From positions 682,001-746,000 of the forward strand of contig NC_079238.1 in assembly GCF_027921745.1 (NCBI RefSeq): DNA of 64,000 nt, given 5' to 3'. The stretch is from Schizosaccharomyces osmophilus (taxonomy: Eukaryota). The notes beneath the pieces were generated by a model that ran no database searches, was not told the DNA's origin, and was given only the letters and a program-made list of their open reading frames with translations. Position numbers and translations under genes: made by a program. Of the stretch, positions 23,001 to 34,925 are shown piece after piece. Within the stretch, counting starts at the first letter, position 1; every line of letters starts with the position of its first letter.

Positions 23001-23935
23001 ATGGTATGGGTCTTTATGCAAAGGAAAAAAAAGAAGCGATTGCTGACAATATAATGTTTTAGTCTCTTGAAATTTTATCGCTAGAAGGTCTTCGAAATGG
23101 TGAGTAGAAATGTCTTGTAAAAATTCTTTTAAGCTTTTGTAGGAAGAAAAGAGAAAAATTGGACTTGTAGCTTGAGGGTGATGTTTGATTCAGCAAAAGT
23201 TGATAAATGGAGGACCTGGGCTGTACAGGAGCTAACTAGTGGAGATTAGACGGTCGAAGATGGAACGAAATGAGAAATTTCTATTGCCGGACTGGCGTGG
23301 AGCCTTCTGAGAATGGCTCTTCTTTTATTCAATATGGCAACACACGAGTGCTGTGTATTATAGACGGACCTTCGGAGCCGACGATCAAATCGAAATCGAG
23401 AGCGGATCGAGCCTTTGTAAATGTAGATATTAGCATTGCACCTTTTAGCACAATTGATCGGAAACGACGGTTCAAATCGGATCGACGGATTCAATTGCAA
23501 TGTCTGGCATTACAGAGGACATTTGAACAAGTGGTTCAAGTGGAGCTATATCCGAAAAGTCAAATATCCATTTGCTTGCATGTGCTGCATGATGATGGTG
23601 CTGTGGTTGCTACATGCATGAACGCTGCTACGTTGGCACTTATGGATGCTGGAATTCCCATGACGGATTATGTTTGCTGTTGTACATCCGGGATTGTTGA
23701 CTCTGACATTCTTTTGGATTTGAATTCTTTGGAAGAATCCGATTTGTCTTGGATGACGGTTGCAGTTATGGGAACCAAAAACAAAGTTACTTATATGCAG
23801 CTCGAGACGAAAATGCATCTTGACTACTTGGACTCTGTCATGAATGTGGCCATTGCAGGAGCGGAACAAATTTATTACATGATGCAGAATGCCATTCGAC
23901 AAAGTGCCAAACCGTATTTGGCAAAGCTTGTATAA
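23001..23935 (+). CDS. rrp41: Exosome subunit Rrp41/Ski6, 3 exons
   Basis: M/SLEILSLEGLRN/DGRRWNEMR..GSSFIQYGNTRV..YPKSQI..DDG..NAATLALMDAGIP (RNase PH fold); introns 23004-23062 and 23100-23249. Confidence 0.92.
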
Positions 23936-24176
23936 TCATCACGCCGAACAGAGAGACTCGCAGGTACATCGCCACAAACGATATCAAAAGGCTTGGCTTG
24001 TGTCTTTGTTACCATTGATGTTGTATGAAAAAAAAAAAGTGCAAACGAAAATTGACTACAACAAATCTTGGTTGTTTTCTTATCGGAATAGAGGAATGGG
24101 GAAACTTGAAAATAGGTAATGCAATCTTTCACATAGTCTGATTTTATTTTTTATTTTATTTTATTACATTTTTTTT

Positions 24177-24214
24177 GATTTACCAGGTGTGAGGATTTAC
24201 CAGGTGTGAGGATT
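24177..24214. repeat. Perfect 17-bp tandem duplication (GATTTACCAGGTGTGAG) x2.2
   Basis: Read directly at 24177-24193 and 24194-24210, followed by GATT. Confidence 0.9.
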
Positions 24215-24483
24215 AGGTTGTACTCTTAGATATGAATCCTTGTTTTCAATAATCATGATAGCTTTTTTGATAGATGATGGTTCCATTCCCTTTAAAAATC
24301 TCGTTGATAGTATATATGAAAGGATTTAGAAGGAAACCAATGGGGAAAACCAAAATGACCATTGGCTCCAGTTTAATAAAATGTGAAAAGCACAGCACCT
24401 CTGCGTCTACAGGGAGGGATCACTGGGAAAACAAAAGGAATAGGCATTGGAATAAGAGATGAAGAATAGTAAACAGATCAAGA

Positions 24484-24541
24484 TAAAAATAAAATAAAAA
24501 ATAAAAATAAAATAAAAAATAAAAATAAAATAAAAAATAAA
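24484..24541. repeat. A-rich (AAAAT/AAAAAT)n microsatellite
   Basis: Direct read. Confidence 0.8.
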
Positions 24542-24618
24542 GACAGGAATGGATAGGAAAAAAATTTACCAAAGAGAAAAACAAGCGATAGAGTTGGTTT
24601 TCGACTCAGTATGGAAAA

Positions 24619-24819
24619 TTATTCAGCTTTCGTAAAAGTACTTGGAAAGCTTCCTTGTTTGGTGATACCGTCAGCATCCACATAAGTACCAAAGAACCAA
24701 CCATCTTCATATTGGGTCAAAACATCGATTGCTTGACCTGGGTCAAATTCCAAGTCATCCGTAAAGCTGCTACGGAAAGGAAAGACAGCGACAACTTTGA
24801 AGAGAGATTGAACGGCCAT
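24619..24819 (-). CDS. 66-aa stand-alone SH3-domain microprotein (Bbc1-SH3-like)
   Basis: ATG at 24819: MAVQSLFKVVAVFPFRSSFTDDLEFDPGQAIDVLTQYEDGWFFGTYVDADGITKQGSFPSTFTKAE*. SH3 consensus features are present (A.FPF, DDL.F..G, GWF.G, G.FPS.F). Confidence 0.8.
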   Translation of the reverse strand: MAVQSLFKVVAVFPFRSSFTDDLEFDPGQAIDVLTQYEDGWFFGTYVDADGITKQGSFPSTFTKAE

Positions 24820-25958
24820 AGTAAAAAAGAAAAAAAGAAAAGAAAAGAAAAAAAAAAAAAAAAGAGACACAACACAACACAACAAGGAATCAGTTTGTTT
24901 ACAGTTCTAATTCAATACAAAGGACTCGTAAAATTGGCGAATAAGAATCGCTACGATTCAGATGAAGAGTAAAGAAGCAGCTAGCTTGTTATAAATAGGC
25001 TCCGTTTACAGTCGGTTGTCTCGAAACTACCAAGAAGCGAATGAGCGGAAATATCTCAGAGACAAGACAAACAGTCTTATACACGAGACCTAGAGCGTCC
25101 ATGACTCGTAGTCAATAATCCGACTGGTCCCCGTCTCCACCCGGAATTCAACGATACGAAGAATTTCATCTTGTCAACTTTGGGACCCCTGAAGTAACAG
25201 ACCGGCTCTTTGAGGAAAATTTTAGAGACATGGTATAGGCTTTAGTAGAGACGCTTGCTTTCAAGGATTTTAATTTTGGAAAGAAGAGAATTGTTTTGAA
25301 CAACCTTTCGCTGGTCCTAGCGCACAAAAAAAATAAATAGAAAAATAAAAAAAAAGAGAGAGGAAAAAAAGTCAAGGAAAAAGAGAGAGAGAAAAAAAAA
25401 AGGCAAGGAAAGTGAGAAAAGTTACTAAACCTGACGAGTGAGGAGAGGAGTGTCTTGAGGAAGAGATACAGTCGACTAGATGTGATGCAAGCAAAATAAC
25501 AATGTCAGAGGAATAAAGACTCATAAAAACCAGGAAATCAGGAATTCATCAATGTACAAGACATTTATCCTTTGTTTTTTTCTCTTTTCTCTTTTCTCTT
25601 TTTTACTTTTCTATTTATTTTTTTTCTTCCATCGAGAGAAACTAATACAGACGAATTTGGTTCATCTCTTCTTATCGTACACTTCTTAGCCTACTAACAA
25701 TATCCATGATATCATTTAATCACTTATTATATCGTATTTGATAAATGCCGACTCAGGGGATGTGAAAATTAATCTGAAAAAAAAAAAAGGTGACAAATGG
25801 ATGAATCCAGAACCGAGAATTGGATGCATTCATTATGTAGCTATGTTGAAAGAATCGGAGAATCAAAGAATCAATAAAAGAAACAAGGAGGGCTACGTTT
25901 GAACGGAATCGGTCTTCCGACGTTTTTGGATAGAAAAGTTATCCAACAAGGAAACCAA

Positions 25959-26013
25959 TAAAAGGAAAGGAAAGGAAAGGAAATAAAATAAAATAAAATA
26001 AAATAAAAGGAAA
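25959..26013. repeat. Compound (AAAGG)n(AAAAT)n microsatellite
   Basis: Direct read. Confidence 0.8.
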
Positions 26014-26180
26014 GTAGCTCAGGGAAGCAAACAAACGAAACAATTCGAATTATGGTTGTTTTTATGAATTAGGAATCAACTTTTTACGAGAGGAAACTGT
26101 TTACGAGAACTTTTGTCATAAATTTATCCTTTGCTTTACATCCTTTTATCTCCTTCCTATCTTACTATCAAACAAGCAAG

Positions 26181-26262
26181 TCCCGGGTAGCTCAATCGGT
26201 TAGAGCGTCTGACTCTTACAAAGGTAATCAGAAGGTTGCGAGTTCGATTCTCGCCTTGGGAG
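26181..26262 (+). tRNA. tRNA-Lys (CTT) with an 8-nt intron (26219-26226)
   Basis: Acceptor TCCCGGG/CTTGGGA, D-arm TAGCTCAATCGGTTAGAGC, anticodon arm TCTGA-CT CTT A-[CAAAGGTA]-A-TCAGA, T-loop GTTCGATTC. Confidence 0.95.
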
Positions 26263-26535
26263 TTCCTTTTTGATGGTTGTAGAAATTCTGTTTAGGGATC
26301 TAATCGTTATTTCTTTAGCGCAAGATTCTTTTTTTGGCGCAAGATGTTTCTTTGAGCGATTTCGTTAAATAGTATACAAGTTCTAGTCCAACAGAGACTC
26401 TACATTCCCGAAGGACTAGAAAAAGATTTTTTTTTTTTTTTTTCCTTTTTCAGATAAATTTCAGTCAATTTTTTTTCATCTCTTTCTTCGTTTATACGCA
26501 TTATATTTTCCTTTGTTCACTGGTATACCAACCAA

Positions 26536-26607
26536 GCTCTTGTAGCTCAGTGGTAGAGCGCCTGTCTCGTAAACAGGAGGTCCAGTGTTCGAGTCACTGC
26601 CGGAGCA
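26536..26607 (+). tRNA. tRNA-Thr (CGT)
   Basis: D-arm TAGCTCAGTGGTAGAGC, anticodon arm CCTGT-CT CGT AA-ACAGG, T-arm CAGTG-TTCGAGT-CACTG. Confidence 0.93.
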
Positions 26608-27660
26608 AAAATCTACAATTTTTTGCCTTTTTCGCTATCCTTCACTTTTTTAAATAACGCACTCCAATGCAGGTCATTACAAAATAAACAAATTAAAAAA
26701 ATGAAAAAAAAGCCTTTCTTATTATCAATGCTCTTGTATTCTTTTTTCTTTTCTCTTTTTATTTCTAAATTTGTTTATCATAACATGTCATTGTTTTGCT
26801 CGTTTTCTTTTTCTGCAAACATTGCTTGCTTCCTGGCCCAAAATGTCTAGGATAACGAAATGTTCAAAATAAGGAATTCTTGTTTGACGCAGCAAACAAA
26901 TCTACAATGTCCAATGTCCAATGCTAATTATATATATACTTTTTTTTTATAATTCTTTTTTGTTTTGTTTTGTTACCATACTTACGCGTCGTCAACCATG
27001 TAAAAGGTGTTAAAGAGCTAGTATTTGTTTTCTATTTATCTGCTTTACCACGATACAAACAAACCCTTTTATCATTCCTAGAGTTCCCATCTAGGTTCTG
27101 ATCAACGGTTTCCAATTGATTTGTATGTATTTCATTTCCTTCCAAAACTGGACCTTCTGGCTTTGCCCAGATGGAAATCCAAAATCTGCTGGGAAACCTA
27201 AACGAAAATTTACAATCAAGAGGATAACAAAATCATCCCTGTTTTCCTTAGGAATAGAAATATCAAGCAACGAGTGTCCAGCCGGCCAAACGTTTCGACT
27301 TGCTTTGCACAAAAGTTGCTCCTTGTACAAAGAAACCACATTCTCTTTTAAGCGCGTGGATTGGATTTCCTTTTTCATAGCTTCCTATACCTTTCAATCA
27401 ATCTCTTTAATAAAAAGAAATCCCTGTATAATGTCGTTTCCCATCGTTACGATGGATTCTCTATTCAAGTTCCAAACAAACGCCAATTGACAGTATCGTG
27501 AAAATTTCCTGCTGTAAAAATGAAAATCAAGAATTCAACATCCTGTTTCTTCTATATTTAGCCCCATTCTCTTCCAGACTAGGTTTGCCTACATGTAAAC
27601 TGAGAGGTGCGACTCACCAGAAAAATTTGCCAAAAACCAAACACCTCACCCATAGCCAAA

Positions 27661-28706
27661 ATGTCGACGACAAGCTGCCGAATGTACGAGAACCGCTTCC
27701 CTGAAGTGGATGAACTCGTTGTAGTCAACGGTAAGTTGAAAATCCGCGATTTTTGCTCTCTTACTTGGATATTTTGCCAGTTAGCTGACTCGTAATCTTT
27801 AGTCCGTCAAATCCAAGAAATGGGTGCTTATGTCAAACTTCTTGAATATGATAACATTGAAGGAATGGTTTTACTTTCTGAACTTTCCAGGCGTCGTATT
27901 CGTTCCGTTCAAAAGCACATCCGTGTTGGCCGTAATGAGGTCGTCGTGGTTTTGCGTGTCGACAAAGAAAAGGGTATGTAACAAATAAAAACAGCATCGT
28001 CAGTCATTCTAACCGCCCAATTTTAGGTTATATTGATTTGTCCAAGCGTCGTGTCAGCCCCGAAGATGTCATCAAATGCGAAGAACGTTTCAACAAATCC
28101 AAGGCTGTCCACTCTATCATGCGCCATATCGCTGAAAAGCACAACGTCCCCTTAGAAACCATGTATACCTCCGTTGGTTGGCCCTTGTATCGCAGATATG
28201 GCCATGCTTACGATGCTTTCAAGTTGGCCATCTCGAACGCTGAACACGTATTCGAAGGTTTGGAAGCTCCCAAGCCTGGAATCATCGATGACTTGTTGGG
28301 CCAAATTTCTCGCCGTTTGACTCCTCAACCCATCAAGATTCGTGCTGATGTCGAAGTCACTTGCTTTGGCTACGACGGTATTAACGCCATTAAGGCTGCT
28401 TTGAAGTCTGCTGAAGATCTTCGTACCGAGGAAGTCCCTATCAAAGTCAAGCTTGTTGCCCCTCCATTGTATGTTCTCTTGACCAATGCTTTAGACAAGT
28501 CTCTTGGTTTAAAGAAGTTGGAAGAGGCCATTGTCAACATAGAAAAGGTTTTATCCACCGCTAATGGTACCTGTATCGTTAAGATGAAGCCCAAGGCCGT
28601 CAGTGAGACTGATGAACTTGAGCTTGCTGATCTCATGAAAAAATTCGAAAAGGAGAATGCTGAAATCTCTGGTGACGAAGAGGATGATCAAAGCGGTTCT
28701 GAGTAA
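27661..28706 (+). CDS. tif211: Translation initiation factor eIF2 alpha, 3 exons
   Basis: [24 protein letters not shown] (phosphorylation-site loop) and [10 protein letters not shown]; introns 27731-27802 and 27974-28026. Confidence 0.96.
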
Positions 28707-29133
28707 CTCCGGTAAACCAGTATAATAGAAATTATATCTCTTCCCATTAACCACGCGTTGTGAGTCCTTCTTTTTTGGGCAAACCGGTTGTATTGTTCTC
28801 TTTTTCTTCTTTTTTTGTTCAAATTTGGAGATTTCATCTAGGGTGTAAAATAATCTACCAACGTTAAAATAGCAATGAAATGTATTAGCATTGATGTGCC
28901 TATAGATATGAAGACTGTTGCTTTCTCTTGTATAGAGCTTTGTAATGGAGGATGCTTTTACGCACTCAGGGATACATCAACCATGAATGACAGAAATCAT
29001 AATTATTAGTACATGAAAAATTATCTAGTAGAAACATTTGGTATGAAACGTAAACAAGGCTTTACTACCACTATGCAATCGTAATGCAAAACTGAATGAA
29101 AGAAAGCTAATCAAGACTCGACTAAATGTTTGA

Positions 29134-29964
29134 TTAATTTCCCATTTTTTCACGGCATGCTTCGCAATACCAAGTACCCTCTGGTGGTGCCTTTAGACCA
29201 ACGCATTCCATGTGGAACCATTCTCGTTCACAATCTTCATTATCACAAGCAACCATTTGACCATAAGATCCCTGTTGACAGAAACAGTACTTCTCGTTAT
29301 CCTCTTCTTCCTGATCCTCCTCCTCTTCAGACACTGCTTCACTATATGCAGCAGCTCCGGCTTTGACGCTGGGTGCTTTGGAAATTGTACCTGTAGGTCT
29401 TTGTGGCCGACCAGCGCCAACGCCATCCACCACACCCTGCTGGAATCCTCCATTTTGAGAAGCAGTTCGACCGAAAATCGAACTTTGCCGCCGTCCAACA
29501 CCATTGCGAGCTTGAACGGGAGCTTGACGAGCACTAGCCCCAGCAGGAGAATTTAAGGAAACCGAAGAAAGAGAAGTCAGGTCATTCGCTTGATTCAATA
29601 ATTCCGCCGGGGTAAATCCAGGACCCAACTTCATAAGCTTATCATCCAAGCGTTTTATGTGTCTCATTAACACTGCTCGTGCGCGCTCTGCGAGTTGAAC
29701 CTTTTCATTCTGAATAATAATGGACTTTTCATATTTTTCTCTTATAGAGGTGTAAAAAGACTCTTCTTTGGGATGGGGAATGTGCGAACCCTGAGATTTG
29801 ACATGCGATTGAATTTGTTGGTCTGCTGTTTGAATTTGTTTCCCTAAATCATGAAGCGCCATTTCCTTGACACTTATCTCATCGAATATGTGCTTGGTTT
29901 CATCGGGAAGATTATCCAAGGACTGCAAATAATCTGTCAAGACGTAAACAGCTTCGTCAGCCAT
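29134..29964 (-). CDS. png1: ING-family PHD finger protein Png1
   Basis: N-terminal ING domain (YLQSLDNLP) and PHD finger YCFCQQGSYGQMVACDNEDCEREWFHMECVGL. Confidence 0.9.
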   Translation of the reverse strand: MADEAVYVLTDYLQSLDNLPDETKHIFDEISVKEMALHDLGKQIQTADQQIQSHVKSQGSHIPHPKEESFYTSIREKYEKSIIIQNEKVQLAERARAVLMRHIKRLDDKLMKLGPGFTPAELLNQANDLTSLSSVSLNSPAGASARQAPVQARNGVGRRQSSIFGRTASQNGGFQQGVVDGVGAGRPQRPTGTISKAPSVKAGAAAYSEAVSEEEEDQEEEDNEKYCFCQQGSYGQMVACDNEDCEREWFHMECVGLKAPPEGTWYCEACREKMGN

Positions 29965-31109
29965 CGTACCTTTTCAACTTCAATGAGAATGAGTGCTTTT
30001 CAGCGAATAAACCTGAATTTCAATGTTTACAATAAATAATTTTTCCACCATAGAATCAAACCCTAAGAGTTCCAGCACTCACAAACAACTAGCAAACCAG
30101 AATTAAATATACCTACAAAATAGCAAGAGTAAGAATCACCAAGGCAATATTCTATGAATGTTGGTAGAGGACGAGAAAAGTCAATTCGACGACTTCTTCT
30201 TTTTCAGCGGACTCCAAAGGGGGGCGACTCTTCGAAATTCAGCAAAGCTACAATCCTATGGTACACTTCAACAAGAGAAAAAAACAGACGAAAGGAAATC
30301 AACAAACAATCCTGAATCAGCCGAAAGATTTACAAGCCTGAAACCTGTTTTACAAGCCTTTTCGCTTTTTCTGACAATTTTTTTGGTGGTTACTTTGGCC
30401 ACTGTTTAAACTACGCTACATAAAAATAAACAGAAATCAACGACAAAACGCTTTCGTAGAAGAAAGGTGAAGAGGAGAAGATACTTCGGAGTCTACAAAT
30501 TCTTCTTCCTCTCTGGTTTCGCACATATAGAAGCACTTTCAACTGATTGCTTTGCTCTGAAAAAAAAATCATTCAGCGTATTGGAACGAAAGTGGTAAGT
30601 GAATACCGCAAACGGAAAACCACACTAAATAAATATCACGACGTAGCAAGAAGTTCTGTAAACAAAATAGCTGTCAACTGCACGTTTCCAATTGTTTGCA
30701 AAGAAGCATAAAAATGTGCTTTATTTTATGGTTTTTCCAAGATTAATTTTTTTAAACTAGTTGCTTTATGTGAATATTGAAAGACCTTCAATTCAATTTT
30801 CATTTGCGTCTTTTTACGCTGTTTTCGTTGTTTCATTTCTCAATTGAGGTTGTAAATAGTTATTTATAAGGTTTAAAGCTTCTCTACATATTTTTTTAGA
30901 GCCAGAAAAGCTTCAATTCAAGAAAGCTCAAGATCCTCTCCTTTTTCTTCTTTCGTTATAGAACGCGACGTTCATACGATTCAAATTTGTCTTTCTCTGT
31001 TTGATTTCACCTTCATACGCCAAGTTTTTCTTTTCCCTTGTTCTAGGTATTTGCTTGGTTTGGTTTTTTGTTTGCCTGTTTGTTTAAGGAATATCTGAGA
31101 AAAAAGAAA

Positions 31110-32414
31110 ATGAGTGTGGAAGAGACAGATACTTCATTTAATGATGTCGAGTATGGCTCTTTCTTTAGTTTTCGCCCACAGAAGCGCAAAGTCACATACC
31201 ATCTAGATGAGCAGGTCGGAAATTATCATTATGGTGACAAGCATCCTATGAAACCACATCGTATCACGATTGCTAACCATCTTGTCATGGGGTACGGCTT
31301 GCACGACAAAATGAATGTTTATAGTCCTAGGAAAGCTACATTCAACGAAATGGCTAGCTTTCACCGAGAAGACTACTTAAATTTTTTACAAAAAATCACT
31401 CCCGACGATGCTGAATCGTATGCTGATACATTCCAGAATTTTAATATTGGCGCTGACTGTCCTATCTTTGACGGTGTATATGAGTTTTCTCAAAGGTCTG
31501 CGGGTGCCAGTCTGGACGCTTCAAGAAAATTAACCCAAGGACAAACGGATATTGCCATTAATTGGAGCGGCGGACTTCATCATGCAAAGCGAGCAGAAGC
31601 TAGTGGATTTTGCTATGTTAATGACATTGTCTTGGCCATTCTTAATATGCTACGTTATTTTCCTCGAGTTCTTTATATTGATATTGATATCCATCATGGA
31701 GACGGTGTCCAACAAGCATTCTACGAATCTGATCGTGTTTTAACCGTCTCCTTTCATAAATACAATGGTGACTTCTTTCCTGCAACGGGAAATTTCGACG
31801 AACATGGAATCAAAGGCGGAAAGTATTTTGCGATGAATGTACCATTAGACGATGGTATTGGTGATGATCAATACACGAGCTTGTACAAATCTATCATCGA
31901 GCCAACGATCAACACATTTCAGCCTTCGGCTATCGTACTTCAATGTGGAGCCGATTCCTTAGGTTATGACAGGTTAGGTGTTTTTAATCTTAGCATCCGT
32001 GCTCATGGCGAATGCGTAAAGTTTACGAAGTCCTTCAATATCCCCATGCTTGTTGTTGGCGGCGGTGGATACACTCTTCGGAATGTCGCTAGGGCTTGGT
32101 GCTATGAAACCTCTATCTGTGTGGACGAACCGGTTCCTTCACAGTTACCGAAAGATACTTCTTACTATGAATTTTTTTCTCCCGATTACACTTTACATCC
32201 AAAATTAATAACAAAAATTGAAAACAAAAACTCACCCAAAATGTTAGAGGACCTTAGGATACGCGCGTTGGAACAATTACGCTATTTGGGTAGTGCTCCG
32301 AGTGTTCAATTGCAGCAAATTCCTCCAGACTTAACTGGTCATTTGGACGAAGAAGATGACCGCCTTAATGATGAATTTCTTGATAAAGTGTTAGATGTTC
32401 GGGTTAATGGGTAG
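31110..32414 (+). CDS. hos2: Class I histone deacetylase Hos2 (Hda1/Phd1)
   Basis: [33 protein letters not shown] and GGGGYT; 434 aa from the ATG at 31110. Confidence 0.93.
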   Translation: MSVEETDTSFNDVEYGSFFSFRPQKRKVTYHLDEQVGNYHYGDKHPMKPHRITIANHLVMGYGLHDKMNVYSPRKATFNEMASFHREDYLNFLQKITPDDAESYADTFQNFNIGADCPIFDGVYEFSQRSAGASLDASRKLTQGQTDIAINWSGGLHHAKRAEASGFCYVNDIVLAILNMLRYFPRVLYIDIDIHHGDGVQQAFYESDRVLTVSFHKYNGDFFPATGNFDEHGIKGGKYFAMNVPLDDGIGDDQYTSLYKSIIEPTINTFQPSAIVLQCGADSLGYDRLGVFNLSIRAHGECVKFTKSFNIPMLVVGGGGYTLRNVARAWCYETSICVDEPVPSQLPKDTSYYEFFSPDYTLHPKLITKIENKNSPKMLEDLRIRALEQLRYLGSAPSVQLQQIPPDLTGHLDEEDDRLNDEFLDKVLDVRVNG

Positions 32415-32597
32415 ACTTATATAATAACGGTTATATTTATGATTAAATGACATGCCTTTCTTTTTCGATTTAATGTACACATACATCTAGTCAATATCTT
32501 TTTACGTAATTTCAGCCTATACAATTTTATTAAAACCTGCATAAATGCAAAATGTAGTACCAAAAATAAATCTATACAGACAAACGGCCGGAACTAT

Positions 32598-34346
32598 CTA
32601 ATCCTCTCTATCTAAACGAACAGCAGAGCCTGCTTGGATCAAGTCCAAGTTCACCTTTGGTCCCATCAATTGACGGATATCAGAAATTCCGTACTTAATC
32701 ATTGTAGGACGTTCTAATGAAAGACCAAAACCGAGACAACGAACATCCTTAGGAAGACCCATAGGTTCTAACATCTCAGGTCTGAACATACCACTATTTC
32801 CGACTTCAACCCATTTACCAAGTTTTTCGTGATAAGAGAAAATTTCCAAAGAAGGTTCGGTATAGGGATTGTAGGCGGGCTTGAAGCGTAAGTTTCGAAC
32901 ATTCATTTTAGCAAAGAAGACTTCCATGAAACCAATCAAATCCCCGAGAGTAAGATTCCTATCGCATATGACACCTTCCACCTGATGAAATTCAGCCAAA
33001 TGTGTAGCGTCAACGGTTTCGTTACGGAAGACACGATCAATCGAGAAATATTTTGCAGGGTGGAAACCATTTTTAGCAAGCTTATACAACATATTGCCTG
33101 AAACAGCGGTGGTATGAGTACGAAGAATAAGTTTACGAGTTTCTTCTTCAGACCAAGGGGCACGATAACCAATACCTCTTGTTTCGCCTCCGTTCTCATG
33201 GGTGCCCTTAACACGAGCAACGTAGTCAAGATCAGGTAACTTATCAGTAAAAGCAGGTTTCTTCAAAAAGAAAGTATCCTGAACATCACGAGCAGAGTGC
33301 TGCTGAGGAACGAATAAAGCATCAAAGTTCCAGAAACCGCTGTCAACATAATTGTTGGTAGGCATTTCTTCAAAACCCAATTCAAAGAAAAACTTGCGGA
33401 ATTCCTCACGGACCTTCATCAGAGGGTGCAGACAACCACCAGCAGGAGGGATACCCTCAGCAGCAAAGTTGTAGTCTTTGAACTTGGCATTTTCCCAAGA
33501 GCGAGAAGTAATCATATCAGCGGTCAAATCAGTATTTAGCTTTTCAATAGTAAGAGAGAAGTGGGGCCCCTTCTTTAAAGAAAAGTACATTAGTTTGTTG
33601 CGTTCAACCAATTTACGCTTTTTCAAATCGTTAAGAGCCTTTGTATCTTTGTGAGTACCATGTTCTTTTATTTCGGCCAACAACTTGGGCGTGCCATCCT
33701 CAATAGATTCAGTCTAAAATTAGAATATTGGTAAGCACTACAGCAATGAGAAATTTTCTTACGTTTTTTATCAATTTGTCTCCATCCTTTCTGATCCAAC
33801 CAAGTTTGAAAGCTCTGCCTTGACCAAGACCTGCTGTGTTTCCCAATTTGTCCTAAAAAAGAGTCAGCTGAAACAGTTCTCTATGCTGTAAATTCATTCG
33901 TTTTCTTTTGGAGGTAAGAGAATACCGTGTTCCGTTTTCAATTTGAAAAGCCAGTGCGGGTCAATTATAAAATATAACGCGCAACTAAAACTGGGAACAA
34001 ACCCCTAAAGATAGATTGATCATTTTTTGACCTCCCGTGTTCAGTAACATACTTTCAACTCACCAATGCTAAGACCACTCATGGAAGCACAGATTTCGTT
34101 AAAAACTTTAGCCTCATGAGATCCATTTTTTAAAATTTCTTCACCTTCAGCAGTTAAGGTGTATACCTCGATATCATGACGCTCAAATTCAACCATGCTT
34201 CTTGCTGCCAAAGACAAAATTGCCGACTGAGCATCTTGAACGGTCAGCTTTTTCCCTTCAAACTCTATATGACTAGTGTTCGCGATTTCATTTTGTTCGT
34301 CAAGCTTTTTAAGTAGAAGAACCTGAAGTGCTTCGACTTTCGACAT
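32598..34346 (-). CDS. frs2: Cytoplasmic phenylalanyl-tRNA synthetase alpha subunit, spliced
   Basis: [40 protein letters not shown] and GLSLERP; ATG at 34346; introns about 34052-33853 and 33762-33714. Confidence 0.93.
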
Positions 34347-34925
34347 CCTGTTGGTCTTGTGGTGTTGGCAGTTGGTAAATTTCCAACGTGCACAACACCT
34401 CACCAAGAAGTTTCAAACGCTGGCTTTCCTTCTTTATTAGATAGATTCATAAAGTTTTCGTAAATAAATTAATTGATATGCCGTTTTGTTCTTACAACCT
34501 TTGACAATCCTGAGGAAATTTTTTTTTCTCCAATCTAGTAAAATTACAACAACCATCCATCGGAAATTACTAGTGTGCTAAGCTTTTAAAAAACACGAAA
34601 ACAATTATATGCTTAGTTATTGATACATCTTTATCAATTTCTATTCATGACAATGACAGCTAGCTCTCCTTGCGCTTACTTCCTATTATTACACTTTACT
34701 AAATATGAACCCATACATTAATTATTATCATTAGAATGGAACATAAAGCTCGACAAGACAAAGCGATGCTTCAACTATCCAGCTAAGTTCGAACAAACCG
34801 AAAACAAGTCCATTTTCCTTTTGGAATTGTTATTGTATACATAAAGAGTGAAGAATAAGAAGCAAAATTTTCGTCAACTGACACGGGTCCATGCATATCT
34901 TTGGCATTGACTCGAAATAAATACT

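Noticed and set aside
24177..24214. Direct repeat as CRISPR or telomeric repeat
   Set aside because: Only two adjacent copies with no spacers, in a eukaryote, and the unit does not resemble fission-yeast GGTTAC-type telomere repeats.
26381..26421. 9-bp inverted repeat TTCTAGTCC/GGACTAGAA between the two tRNA genes
   Set aside because: Too short, with no target-site duplication or other transposon features; compatible with chance.
30158..30409. 83-aa ORF in the png1-hos2 divergent region
   Set aside because: No motif; composition typical of promoter/UTR sequence.
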